From contig OX597834.1 in assembly GCA_951406725.2 (NCBI GenBank), forward strand, positions 37,944,001 to 38,008,000: a stretch of 64,000 bases of DNA. The letters are read 5' to 3'. Every line of letters starts with the position of its first letter. The first letter of the stretch is position 1. Shown in pieces: positions 1-12,985 of this stretch. The translations under genes were made by a program, and so were the position numbers. The DNA comes from Octopus vulgaris (Eukaryota). The notes beneath the pieces were generated by a model that saw only the letters and a program-made list of their open reading frames with translations, ran no database searches and had not been told where the DNA came from.

Positions 1-424
1 AATATTTGTACCACACTTGCTTTGGCACTTAATAGCAGACTCTTTATGTATGTATGTATATATGTATATATGTATGTATGTGTGTGTGTGTATGTGTATG
101 TATGTATGTATGTATGTATGTATGTATGTATGTATGTATGTATGTATGTACGTATATGTATGTATATGTATGTATATGTATGTATGTATATGTATGTATA
201 TGTATGTATATGTATGTATGTATGTATGTATGTATGCATGTATGTATGTATGTATATATATGTATGCATGTATGTATGTATGTATGTATGTATGTACGTA
301 TATGTATGTATGTATATGTATGTATATGTATGTATGTATGTATGTATATGTATGTATATGTATGTATATGTATGTATGTATGTATGCATGTATGTATGTA
401 TGTATGTATGTATGTATGTATGTA

Positions 425-609
425 CTAGGGGGCTGCTGAAAAGTTCCTGGCTTTTAGGGTGTCATGAAAGGCCTGGTTGGAGGCCCAACCTCCCGAGATT
501 TTTCAGGGCTTAGAAAAATTGAATGAACCCCAGCAATAAGGGTGTGAATCTAACTGATCTTCCTCTATTTTCTGTTACCCGAAGCCAAGAACTTTTCATC
601 ACCCACTCG
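425..609. mobile_element. Non-autonomous mariner-type MITE, copy 1
   Basis: Imperfect TIRs ctagggggctgctgaaaagttcctggctt / aagccaagaacttttcatcacccactcg, TA on both flanks; homologous to 1388-1602 and 23085-23301. Confidence 0.85.
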
Positions 610-875
610 TATGTATGTATGCATGTATGCATGTTTGTATGTATGTATGTATGTGTGTGTGTGTATGTATGTATGTATGTATGTGTGTGTGTATGTATGT
701 ATGTATGTGTGTATGTATGTATGTATGTATGTATGTATGTATGTATGTTTGTATGTATGTATGTATGTGTGTGTATGTATGTGTGTATGTATGTATGTAT
801 GTATGTATGTATGTATGTATGTATGTATGTATGTATGTGTATGTATGTATGTATGTATGTATATATGTATGTATG

Positions 876-907
<32 letters not shown>

Positions 908-1215
908 TATATGTATGTATGTATGTATGTATGCATGTATGTATGTATGTGTGTATGTATGTATGTATGTGTGTGTATGTATGTATGTATGTATGTATGT
1001 ATGTATGTATGTATGTATGTATGTATGTATGTATGTATGTATGCATGTTTGTATGTATGTATGTGTGTATGTATGAATGTATGTATGTATGTATGTATGT
1101 ATGTATGTGTGTGTGTATGTATGTATGTATGTATGTGTGTATGTATGTATGTATGTATGTATGTATGTATGTGTGTGTATGTATGTATGTATGTATGTAT
1201 GTATGTATGTATGTA

Positions 1216-1246
<31 letters not shown>

Positions 1247-1283
1247 GTATGTATGTATGTATGTATGTATGTATATATGTATG

Positions 1284-1315
<32 letters not shown>

Positions 1316-1325
1316 TGTATGTATG

Positions 1326-1359
<34 letters not shown>

Positions 1360-1387
1360 TGTATGTATGTATGTATGTATGTATGTA

Positions 1388-1602
1388 CTAGGGGGCTGCT
1401 GAAAAGTTCCTAGCTTTTAGGGTATCACGAAAGACCTAATTGGAGGCCCAACCTTCTGATTTCTTCTCGGGGCTTAGAAAATCTGAAGGACTCCTGCAAT
1501 AGGAGTGTGAATCTGAGAGGGGAATATTGAATAAAATCATAATTAACTGATCCTCCAGTATTTACTTTAACCCAAAGCCAGGAACTTCTCAACACCCCTT
1601 CG
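1388..1602. mobile_element. Non-autonomous mariner-type MITE, copy 2
   Basis: Same TIRs (ctagggggctgctgaaaagttcc ... ggaacttctcaacaccccttcg), TA flanks. Confidence 0.85.
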
Positions 1603-2192
1603 TATGTATGTATGTATGTATGTATGTATGTATGTATGTATGTATGTATGTATGTATGTATGTATGTATATATGTATGTATGTATGTATCGTTTAAAAGA
1701 TATTTGGCTTTCAAAAGCGTTTATATTGTGTTAAATAAGAAGCCCCCAAGGAGTTACATCGGCCCAAGAATTGCATTAAACCTCGTTTGTATCAGCATAT
1801 TCAAACGCTTAACAAAATCAAACAGAAAATTTTGCCATAGGCCATTGCAATCAGATAGTATTTCTGCTCCAAATCTACAAATCAAACAAATCTGCGAGGT
1901 TTCTTTGAAGAGAAATCATAGATGTTATTTCAAGACGATAACGGATTGAATGAATGTTCGGATGTGTTAGATTACTACAGACATTGTTCAAAGAGCCTAC
2001 TTTTCAATTATGTGCCTTCAAATGGCTTATTAAAGCAGCTATGAAATTAACTGTAACTGAAGTTTACAAAAATTGGAACAAAACGATATTTATTTCACCA
2101 CAGATTTGAAACCTTTTAACCGTTTCGATTTATGTCTGTGGAGCTGGTATTTCACACAAAAGCAATAGTCAATATATCGCTTTTATAGGAAT

Positions 2193-2423
2193 ATTCTTTC
2201 ACATTTTTTACTTGTTTCAGTCGTTTGACTGCGGCCATGCTGGAGCACCGCCTTTTAGTCGAACAAATCGACCTCAGGACTTATCTTCGTAGTAAGCCTA
2301 GTACTTATTCTGTCGTTCTCTTTTGCCGAACCACTAAGTTACGGGGACATAAACACACCAACATCGGTTGTCAAGCGATGGTGATGGTGGGTGGCAAACA
2401 CAGACATATAGATATATACACAA

Positions 2424-2504
<81 letters not shown>

Positions 2505-2677
2505 AATTGAGGTAGGGGTTGTAAATGCAACCCTCTATGGGATAACATAAGTACCCAACAAAGTTAATACATAAATGTTAATGATTGCGATGCAATCAAT
2601 TCATTTACTGTATTATATGGGCAAAGGTAAAATGATTTACCACAAATTACTAATACAAGATCTCCATTTTCTTATCT

Positions 2678-2723
<46 letters not shown>

Positions 2724-2990
2724 GTGAAATAGAAAGATGAATAATCTCGTTGCAGATTAATCAAAAGTTTAACCGATACCTTGGTAGCAAAAACCACAGC
2801 AGAAGACAGCACGGTTGGAGGTACAACCATATGGTGTTGCGACCGTGCGTTGGTGCGGATAATTGAATTTTAATATTATTGGTGAATTGAAGAAATGGAG
2901 TTGAACGAAGATTGAACAGAAATCGTTTTATTTCATTCTACACGTGTATATATATATATATACGACGGGCTTCTTTAAGTTTCCGTCTAT
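2193..2990 (-). mobile_element. SINE family A, 5'-truncated, with two foreign inserts in its internal (TA)n tract
   Basis: Matches other family A copies over 2193-2500 and resumes at 2961-2990 (tacgacgggcttctttaagtttccgtcta); inserts at about 2503-2680 and 2722-2946. Confidence 0.85.
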
Positions 2991-3077
2991 ACCAATAACG
3001 TTTTAAACAACACCTTTATCATACGATTTTAAATATCACCTCTTTCATACGATTTACTACACTGAAATTCATCCTTT

Positions 3078-3166
3078 TCTCTGACGAGTAGATATACTTC
3101 CTAATTATGTTTATCAACTTTGGATTTCATTTCGAAAGGTAGTATACTCATGAAACGATCGTAAGA
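3078..3166 (+). ncRNA. Type I hammerhead ribozyme-like motif in a ~300-bp insert ending in (TA)n
   Basis: CTGACGA 3081-3087; irregular stem II including tatact/agtata; GAAAC-GATC-GTA 3152-3163 (palindromic ACGATCGT); short stem I tct/aga. Confidence 0.65.
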
Positions 3167-3328
3167 TCTCTCAAATCTTTTTAAATGATCATAGTTTTAC
3201 TTTATTTATTTATTAATAAAATGTTGTTTATATTATAGACGTATCTCTACTGTGATTTTTATGATATAATTTTCCCTACTTTTACTCTCTAATATGTATT
3301 TACATATACATATATATATATATAAATA

Positions 3329-3425
<97 letters not shown>

Positions 3426-3506
3426 TATATGTGTGTGTGTTTGTATTCTTGAGAGGCTTTTTAAGTAGTTTTGTGCGTGTATATGTATATATGTATGTTT
3501 GTGTGT

Positions 3507-3564
<58 letters not shown>

Positions 3565-3576
3565 TTGTACGTACAG

Positions 3577-3624
3577 TGAGCCATGAAGTACGCGCTTCCT
3601 GCCAGATGCCAGATGAACAGACGG
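3577..3624 (+). other. Candidate 48-nt exon
   Basis: tacag acceptor, GG|GTGAGT donor, length divisible by 3, open in phase 1 (VSHEVRASCQMPDEQTG); weak polypyrimidine tract; no recognisable homology. Confidence 0.25.
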
Positions 3625-3698
3625 GTGAGTTTCTCATACACATCCTGCGGAGACTTAATTCAAGGGAATTAATATTGAATTATGTCATCTCTCTTGCC

Positions 3699-4026
3699 TG
3701 TTGTTGTTGCTGCTCTCGATGTTGCTGCTGTTGTTGTTGTTGTTATGGTAGTTGTTGTTGGTGTTGTTGTTGATGTCGACGTCGTCGTCGTTGTCGATGG
3801 TGAGGGTGATGATGATGAATGATGGTGGTGATGGTGGTGATGGTGGCGGTGGTATGTATGAGAGGGTTGTACTGGTGGTGGTGATGACGATGACGATGAT
3901 GATGATGATGGTGATGGTGATGATGACGATGATGACTATGATGATGGTGGTGGTGGTGGTGGTGGTGGTGGTGGTGGTGTGTAGGGTGTGGTACTTGTGG
4001 TGACGACGATGACGACGATGATGATA

Positions 4027-4069
<43 letters not shown>

Positions 4070-4320
4070 CGACGACGACGATGACTATGATGATGATGGT
4101 GGTGGTAGTGGTGGTGGTGGTGGTGACGATGAGGACAACGACGATGAGGACAACGACGATGACGATGATGATGAGGATGATGATGACGATAATGATGATG
4201 AAGCTTAGATGGTCTTTGGGATCCACGTTGCTGATGTTATCATTGTTGCTAATGCTGTTGATGATGTTGATCTTTGCTGTTGTTTATTGTTGTTGATGTT
4301 GGGTGTTGCGGTGACTGCTG

Positions 4321-4355
<35 letters not shown>

Positions 4356-4490
4356 GCCGCTGCCGTTCTCTTCGTAATTGTCGCTGTCATCGTCGTTATT
4401 GTTGTTGTTGTCACTGATGCTCTTCTCGGGAGGAGTAATGGTGGCACTGTTGCTTTTGTTTGTTTGCAGGTGTTGTTATTGTTGTTGTGA
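3699..4490. repeat. Compound trinucleotide microsatellites (GTT, GAT, GGT, CTA)
   Basis: Directly visible. Confidence 0.95.
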
Positions 4491-4588
4491 AATTATTTAT
4501 ATATTTACTTATTTATACACTCCTATATGTGTGTGTGGTGGTGTGTGTGTGTGTGTAACATTATATATTTATTTATGTATTTATTTAT

Positions 4589-4935
4589 AGGCACGGGAGT
4601 GGCTGTGTGGTAAGTAGCTTGCTTACCAATCACATGGTTCCGGGTTCAGTCCCACTGCGTGACACCTTAGGCAAGTGTCTTCTACTATAGCCCCGGACCG
4701 ACCAAAGCCTTGTGGATTTGGTAGATGGAAACTGCAAGAAACCTGTCGTATATATATATATATATATACGACAGGCTTCTTGCATGTGTGTGTATATGTT
4801 TGTCTGTGTTTGTCCCCCCAACATCGCTTGACAACCGATGCTGGTGTGTTTACGTCCCCGTAACTTAGCAAAACAGACCGATAGTATAAGTACTAGGCTG
4901 GGGTCGATTTGCTTGATTTGCTCCAGCATGGCCAG
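4589..4935 (+). mobile_element. SINE family A (tRNA-derived head, CORE-like segment)
   Basis: A box-like TGGCTGTGTGG, B box-like GGTTCAGTCCC, then gacaccttaggcaagtgtctt resembling the CORE domain start; many copies in the window. Confidence 0.9.
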
Positions 4936-5263
4936 ATTGCTGGATACACATATATGTGTCAATGTATCAGTGTGTTTGTGTGTGCGTCTGTTTGTGTGTG
5001 TGTGTGTATGTGCGTGCCAGTGTACGCGTGTGTGTGTCAGTGTACGTGTGTCTGAGTGTGCGTGTGTGCGTGTGTAAATGTGCGTGTCAGTGTACGTGTC
5101 TGTGATTGTCAGTGTACGTGTGTGCGTTTGTGTGCGTGTGTGTGTATGTGCATGTGCGTGTTAGTGTACGTGTCTGGTTTTGCGTGTCAGTGTACGTATC
5201 TCTGTGTGTGTGTCAGTGTACGTGTGTGCGTTTGTATGCCTGTGTGTATGTGCCTGTCAGTGT

Positions 5264-5313
<50 letters not shown>

Positions 5314-5668
5314 GTGTGTGTGTTTACATGTGTGCTTCTTGTGAATACACGTTTGCTGTGAAAGTTACTTTCACATGAAACCAATACCACAACTTATACT
5401 AATGACAACCAATTAAAACTTCTAATTAAAAGGGGCCACTCGACCTCTTAGAATTATCTCCTTCATCTCCCTCAAATTACACTCTGGCATATTAAAGCAA
5501 CTCTAAAGGACACATTTGATAATATAGTCCAAGATAGACTACGCCTATAAAGTTGAAATGTTCATGGTTGAAAAGCCCTGACCTGTGACTTAACTGATAT
5601 GATATGGAAAGGCATGAAGCTCTCAACAACTTCATTCGCTACATTCACAGAGCTCAGGATATTTTTTA

Positions 5669-5881
5669 GTACTCTTTACTCTTTACTCTTTTACTTGTTT
5701 CAGTCATTTGACTGCGGCCATGCTGGAGCACCGCTTTTAGTCGAGCAACTCGACGCCGGGTCTTATTCTTTGTAAGCCCAGTACTTATTCTATCGCTCTC
5801 TTTTGCCGAACCGCTAACCGACGGGGACGGAAACACACCAGCATTGGTTATCAAGCAATGCTAAGGGGACAAACACAGACA

Positions 5882-5975
<94 letters not shown>

Positions 5976-6136
5976 CGACAGGCTTCTTTCAGTTTCCGTC
6001 TACCAAATCCACTCAGAAGGCATTGGTCGGCCCGGGGCTATAGCAGAAGACACTTGCCTAAGATGCCACGCAGTGGGACTGAACCCGGAACCATGTGGTT
6101 GGTTAGCAAGCTACTTACCACACAGCCACTCCTGCG
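5669..6136 (-). mobile_element. SINE family A, full length, young subfamily
   Basis: Near-identical to 14632-15038 and 45848-46255; (taaaagag)n tail; internal (CA)n(TA)n. Confidence 0.93.
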
Positions 6137-6407
6137 GATAATGAAATTTACTCATTAATTGCTTTTTTTTTTATTCATATTTTTGGCTTTGCCAAGTGTC
6201 TTAGGAATTGAATAATTAGAGTATTTAAATTTTCTTCATGTGTGAATTATTTTGGAAATTAAGATAAATTTTTCGAAAAGTCCCAAATGAAGATTGCTGA
6301 AAAAAAAAAAACAGGAAAAAAGCCTATTTACCCTTTTCTATTCAATTGCAATAATAAACATTTTATTTATATTTATTTATATATATATATATATATTTTC
6401 TCTCTCT

Positions 6408-6772
6408 TTTTCTCTTTTTACTTGTTTCAGTCATTTTGACTGCGGTCATGCTGGTGTACCGCCTTTAATCGAGAAACACGACCCCGAGACTTATTCTTTG
6501 TAAGCCCAGTACTTAGCTTATCGGTATCTTTTTGCCGAACCGCTAAGTGACGGGGACATAAACACACCAGCATCGGTTGTCAAGCAATGCTAGAGGGACA
6601 AACACAGACACACATACATTTCTTTCAGTTCTCATCTACCAAATCCACTCACAAGGCTTTGGTCGGCCCGAGGCTATAGTAGAAGATAGTTGCCCAAGGT
6701 GTCACGCAGTGGAACTGAACCCGGAACCATGTGGTCGGTAAGCAAGCTACTTACCACACAGCCACTCCTGCG
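6408..6772 (-). mobile_element. SINE family A
   Basis: Full head to tail, with the internal microsatellite region partly deleted. Confidence 0.9.
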
Positions 6773-6859
<87 letters not shown>

Positions 6860-6861
<2 letters not shown>

Positions 6862-7001
6862 CCTTTACTCCTTTGATTCAGTCATTTGATTGCGGCCATG
6901 CTGGAGCGCCACCTTTAGTCGAACTAATCGACCCCAGGACTTATTCTTTGCAGGCCTAGTACTTATTCTATCGGTTCCATTTGCCGAACCTCTAAGTTAC
7001 A
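6860..7001 (-). mobile_element. SINE family A, 3' fragment
   Basis: Homologous to the 3' part of other copies; broken by unrelated sequence at about 7003. Confidence 0.85.
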
Positions 7002-7511
7002 GTAGGGGGGAAAAACCACAATCACACGAATACATACATGCATATGCTAGGACAAAAATGGCTATCAGCTGCTGAACGGGAAAGAGTATGAAATACGATG
7101 GCATCGCCACGGCTTCGATGACAAATAACAGTGGACGCTACAGAAAAACAAAAACAATCAAAACTGCTCCCAGAGTGCGAGTCTCTGATTCGTTAAAATA
7201 TCTGATGTGGGATCGCGACGGATGTTTCTGCTGTATTTTTCGAGTGTTCGTCAGTATTTATACTGTAATGTTTCTGTCGTTCATCGTTATCTCGTATCCT
7301 AATAATTTAGACAGCCATGCATATTAGATATAGCATTTTTGAGGAGTAAAGGCGTACCGAGACAAGAACATTTAAAGTAATGTAACCCAAATATTTATTA
7401 TATTCATATGAGGATATTGTATGTATATGTGTCCATATGTGTGTGTCTGTGTGTATATGTGCATATATGTTATGTGTACACACGCAGACAGATATATGTA
7501 CACACACTATT

Positions 7512-7543
<32 letters not shown>

Positions 7544-7959
7544 CACATACATACACCGGTGCATATATATATATACACAACTACACACATCTACGTGCAC
7601 AGAGTTATATAATAATATAACGTTCTATTACATTTTATGATAACATATTTTATCTTGTAGATCGTGTAGTTTGCAAATTCCTTGAAAGCAAAAAACATAA
7701 ATATATGTTACATGTAATTCATAACGACATATCCAGACGTATGTTGTAAGGATTGTTTCACATAACAAGGTTTCTACAATTTAATATGATTATAAATTAT
7801 TAGATTTCGACTTTATTTTTCAGTTCTGCGCATTGAAGGCTGTTAAATATTTTATCATGTGAACAATATTGTTGATATATATTTGCCAGCAGTAAATATA
7901 ATATATTGTGTTATTCTCATTGAATTTGTCACTTTCTTTTTTCTTTTTCTTTTTTCTTA

Positions 7960-8209
7960 ATCATCAACATCATCATCATAATCATCATCATTATCATAAT
8001 CATCATCATTATCGTCGTTGTCGTCGTCGTCCTCGTCTTCGTCCACCTCCTTCTCTTCACCATCCTTATCATCATTATCATCATCACCATCGTCATCATC
8101 ATCGTCATCATCATCATCATCGTCATCATCATCATCATCGTCATCATCAGCATCATCATCATTATTATTATTATTGTTATTATTATTATTATTACTATTA
8201 TTATTATTA

Positions 8210-8269
<60 letters not shown>
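7960..8269. repeat. (CAT)n/(TAT)n microsatellite
   Basis: Directly visible. Confidence 0.95.
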
Positions 8270-8270
<1 letters not shown>

Positions 8271-9150
8271 GTAGTCCTATTTTTATCACGTGCTTTCGCT
8301 GCATTGCCGAGCACAGCCCTTTGTGCCCTGGCTATGTGATGTGGTTTGTAGTGATGCTCTTGCTTTTACTGTATTGAAAGTGTTTTACGTACGATGTGAG
8401 CGGTGCATAGTAGTGTTATTTTTTCTATGTTGCATATACTTGTTAGTCCTGATGTTTTTTTGTTATGTATTTCTTTGAATGTGTTTAGTTTCATACCTAA
8501 TACACCTGCTATAATAAGAATTGTTTCTCTTTTTGGCTTCTCTTTCGAGTTACCTTTATTTCCAGGTCTTTGTATTTTGAGAGTTTCTCTGTTTCTGTTA
8601 GAGAAACGTTGTCATCTGTTAGTATTGATACATCGATTAAAAAGAATAGTTTCCTCTTACGTGAATCATTCAGACATTGTCTCTGGCTCTGCTAGCATTT
8701 CATTCAATTTCTCAGCCAACGTTTTATGTATTCCTGTTAGATATTTAAACCAGAAATCGGGAATTATGTCGTGCCCGGGTGCCTTCCAGTTGCTTAGTTT
8801 TTTTGCAGTGTCTGCGTGACCTTTTCAGTTGTTATAAGGGTTCAAAGTTGTTCAGATGCTGTGTTTGTTATTTTGATAGGTCTTTTCTGAGGTTGTTCCT
8901 TCGCCGATCATATTTCTTTCCAGCATTCTTCCACTTCTTCTCCTGTTGGTGCTACATTAATCTCTATTTTATTTTTGCCAAGTTTTTGGTAGAATCTTTT
9001 GGGGTTTTGTTCAAAGAAACGTTGGCGTTTCTCATACCGCCGAATTCTTTGTGCTTTGGCGAGGATATCTTGCTTTAACTGTTCTTTTACTTCACGTATA
9101 CCTTGTTCTGTAATTTTGTATTTACATAGTACCTTTCTTCTCTTCTTGTT
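8270..9150 (-). mobile_element. Decayed, internally deleted R4/Dong-like non-LTR retrotransposon
   Basis: Minus-strand peptides LKQDILAKAQRIRRYEKRQRFFEQNPKRFYQKLG and KLSNWKAPGHDIIPDFWFKYLTGIHKTLAEKLNEML are typical of the region before the RT in RLE-type elements; 3' end abuts (TAA)n. Confidence 0.8.
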
Positions 9151-9499
9151 ACTTAGTAGTGTTGATTGTCTTCTAGTTTCATTAAGGATTGTGTTATGGC
9201 ACGAACCATGACAGACCCTGTGAGAATGGACTAGCCGAACTCGTATAAGTAGCAACGTTTTTGACGGAGAGCGAGAGATGAGAAATCGCAGGAAGTCAAA
9301 AGGTGTCGTTCATGAGTTTGAGGAGTCGCAGAAAATTGTTGAGAAGTTGTTATGGTTAACTGAGAGTTGTTTTGGATTGGTTACGGTTGTTGACAGAGCA
9401 TTTGGGAATACATCAAGTGACTGGACATTGAATAGTTGTCTCAGTGTCACTTTGATGCCATGCACTGCTCTTTCACACAATAATAATAGTAAGACTGCC

Positions 9500-9572
<73 letters not shown>

Positions 9573-9604
9573 TTAGTATTATTATTATTAGTAGTAGTAG
9601 TTGT

Positions 9605-9695
<91 letters not shown>

Positions 9696-9832
9696 GCAGC
9701 AGCAGAAGTAGCTGTAGTAGCAGGAACAACAGCAGTAGCAGAAGCAACAGTAGTAGTAGTAGTTGTAGTAGCAGCAGCAGCAGCAGTAGAGGTGGTGGTG
9801 GTGGTGGTAGTCGTAGTCGTAGTAGTAGTAGC

Positions 9833-9885
<53 letters not shown>

Positions 9886-9927
9886 CAGTAGTAGTAGTAG
9901 TAGTTGTAGCAGTAGTAGTAGTAGTAG
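9500..9927. repeat. (AGT)n/(AGC)n microsatellite
   Basis: Directly visible; explains the poly-S, poly-L and poly-V ORFs. Confidence 0.95.
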
Positions 9928-10583
9928 AAAAAAATAAACTGGGGTCTGTATATTACACTCTACGTACAAATGCCTAAATACAATTAGCGAATGGATAGGG
10001 GATACGGAGTGGTTTGAGGGATATTTGGTTGCTATTATTAGCAGGTCAAGTGAACACACAAAGGCTGTGTCGTTTTAGCCGATGTATATACATTTGGTGG
10101 GAAGATTAATGTCCTCGTTTATTAGTATTTACTATTTTACTACGTTAGTGTTTACTGTATTACTAACGACTGTGCAGTGTCTGGTCTTGGTAGTCTATGC
10201 TTTCAGTTTTAAACTCACCAGAGCTTTGTAACGGTTAAGTGGTTATATGTTTGATGTCACCAAATCCGAGTAATTGGTAACTGATATTGTGTTTGGAGTT
10301 TGGAGGAAGCGGCGTGTAACAAGTTGAAAAGACTGGAAAAGATTGAGGAAAGCTGAAATGTTGCAGAGTTAGTAATTCCAGGATGCTTGAGATAAAATGA
10401 CAGAAGATGATTTAGAACTTGAAAGAGAGAGAAAGCTGAGCACTCCGTCGGTTACGACGAAGACTATTCCAGTTGATTCGACCAACGGAACAGCCTTTTC
10501 GTGAAATTAACGTGCAAGTGGCTGAGCGCTCCACAGACAACCTGTACTTACAAACCTTACATACCCTCCCACACTACACACCT

Positions 10584-10980
10584 ATACTCTTTTACTCTTT
10601 TACTTGTTTCAGTCATTTGACTGCGGAGCACCGCCTTTAGTCGAGCAAATCTACCCCGGGACTTATTCTTTGTAAGACTAGTGCTTATTCTATCGGTATC
10701 TTTTTGCCGAACCACTAAGTGGCGGGGACGTAAACACACCAGTATCGGTTGTCAAGCGATGTTGGGGGGGGACAAACACAGACACACAAACATATACACA
10801 CACATATACATATATACGACGGGCTTCTTTCAGTTTCCGTCTACCAAATCCACTCACAAGGCTTTGGTCGGCCCGAGGCTATAGTAGAAGACACTTCCCC
10901 AAGGTGTCACGCAGTGGGACTGAACCCGGAATCTGTGTGGTTCGTAAGCAAGTTACTTATCACACAGACACTCCTACGCC
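10584..10980 (-). mobile_element. SINE family A
   Basis: Full-length match to other copies. Confidence 0.92.
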
Positions 10981-11024
10981 TATATTTACCATTTTTTGAT
11001 ACCTTGTACTCGCAAATGCACTGG

Positions 11025-11304
11025 TTCTCCGTCGGTTACAGCGATGAGTGTTTCAGTTGATATGATCAACGGAACAGCCTGCTCATGAAATTAACGTGCA
11101 AGTGGCTGAGTACGCCACAGACACACGTGCCCTCAATGTGACAAGATTGGCCTATTGAACTGCAGGTACAGCTTATTGTTGCCAGCAGAGCGGACTGGAG
11201 CAACGTGAAATAAAGTGTCTTGCTCAAGGACACAACGCGGCACCGGGAATCGAACTCACGACCTTACGATTGTGAACCGAATATACAAACCGCAAGCAAC
11301 GCGC
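11025..11304 (-). mobile_element. SINE family C (tRNA head plus CORE-like segment); second 3' fragment at about 10440-10550
   Basis: Minus strand reads gagttcgattcccggt (B box) then gtgtccttgagcaagacactt; its 3' part (ccgtcggttac...gaaattaacgtgcaagtggctgag) recurs at 10440-10550. Confidence 0.8.
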
Positions 11305-11581
11305 TTTATGCTTTATGGTTATCATAGCATTTATTTAGCCGTTGCGAGGTTTATCACGACTGCAATGAGTTGAAAGTGAATTACAACTGTTAGATTGTTA
11401 ACAGAGAATCTCTGGTTGTTGCTGTAGAAGGCTTACTACTAAGTTGATAAGAAAGAATAAGAGAGAGAGAGAGAGAGAGAGTCAGAGAGAGAGAGAGTCA
11501 GAGAGAGAGAGAGTCAGAGAGAGAGAGAGTCAGAGAGACAGAGATAGGGATAGAGATAGATAGAGACAGGGGAGAGACAAA

Positions 11582-11820
11582 TTAATGGCGATGAAGAATG
11601 TCATTGTTAATCTCAGTCTCCATTACCTTGCAGATAAAGACGAGAGCAACGGTGCGATACCTGGCTAGGTCGGAGGGGGATACCTTTCTTTGGAATGTTA
11701 CATAATGAAGTTGGTTACATATCAGGGATACATAATGAACACAGATATATGGAAGGGTATAACCTCGTAAAGAGTGACGTATTAAAGTGGCTGATGAGTG
11801 TAGGAGCAAGTAATGGAAGG
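11582..11820 (-). mobile_element. CR1/L2/Jockey-like LINE reverse transcriptase relic
   Basis: Frameshifted IPKKG..PSDLARYRTVALVFICKVMETEINNDIL resembles the K.G....NYRPI.L....KV.E motif of APE-type LINE RTs. Confidence 0.6.
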
Positions 11821-12640
11821 AATAATGTCAGGGACAATGTCTGTTCGTTATGGATCCTTTAAAATAAGCACCATTAATGCAATAGGAACCATTCAATTTG
11901 CTATGAGCCTCCTAAATGAGTAAGAAATCAACATTTTATATAGAAATAAAATATTTTCATGGCGTTATAGATAAATCTAAGGACGGAGTCTTTTACTGTT
12001 TACAGCTTTTGGACGCCTCAGCATATTGCTGATAATCATGAGTATATCATTTTTATATTCACGACGAATTTCTAAGTATTCCTATGATAACAGGAAGTAT
12101 ATTATTTTCAAATTTGCACGTATAGAGGTTGTTGATAATTGAACCCGAAGAAGATTTCACCGACTAAAACATGTTATTTCCTATCAATTTGGATATAAGA
12201 TTACTCGTTAAGCCAATGGAAAGTGGTCTTGTGTGATGAAATATTTTTATAATTTCTTATAAAATACGTCACAAGTTAGAGAAAGGAATGTTGATGTAAT
12301 ATTTAGATATTTATATACCTTCAGAGTGCTGTGTTTATGCAAGACATTGAGAATAATGTTCGTATTACCAAACATGGTTACCGTGATGTAGCTTCATACA
12401 TTAAGAAAGGGTGTTACTCGTTCTGAATGTATATAATATGTCCAAACTGCATATACAGATCACATCATATATTTTTCAGTCCATTAATTGTATTATCATT
12501 TTATCCAGGAATGTAACGATAACGACTCAAAAGACCCAGTTTTCGGTGAAGCGACCATGTTGATAATAATAATAGTAATGTCTTCTCTGTATTCGTACAA
12601 TAGATTCTTTTAGAATAAATAAGTGTATTCTATGCTTTGT

Positions 12641-12985
12641 AGGCGCAGGCGTGGCTGGGTGGTGAGAAGTTTGCTTCCCAACCACATAGTTTTGGGTTCT
12701 GTCCCACTGCGTGGCACCTTGAGCAAGTGTTTTCTACTATAGTCTTGGGCCGACTAAAACCTTGTAAATGGATTTAGTAGACGGAAACTGAAAGAAGCCC
12801 GTCGTGTCTGTATGTGTGTGTGTATTTGTGTCTGTGTTTGTACTCTACTCGGGAATAAAGACCGATAGAATAAGTATCAGGCTTTAAAAAATACCAGAGT
12901 AAGTGCATTCGACTAAAAGTTCTTCAAGCCAGTGCCCCAGCATGGCCATATTCTAACGACTGAAACAAGTAAAAGAATAAAAGAG
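12641..12985 (+). mobile_element. SINE family A, older subfamily
   Basis: ggcgcaggcgtggctgggtggtgagaagtttgcttcccaacc head; tail ctgaaacaagtaaaagaataaaag. Confidence 0.88.

Larger units (their letters stand above)
46..1688. repeat. (TATG)n-based compound microsatellite block, interrupted by two mariner MITEs
   Basis: Continuous tatg/tgtg/tata repeats; source of the MYVC/HTYI ORFs. Confidence 0.97.

Noticed and set aside
7217-7254. Minus-strand CTGACGA...GAAAC-ATCC-GTC hammerhead
   Set aside because: Core words are present but stems I and II do not pair; at most a decayed relic
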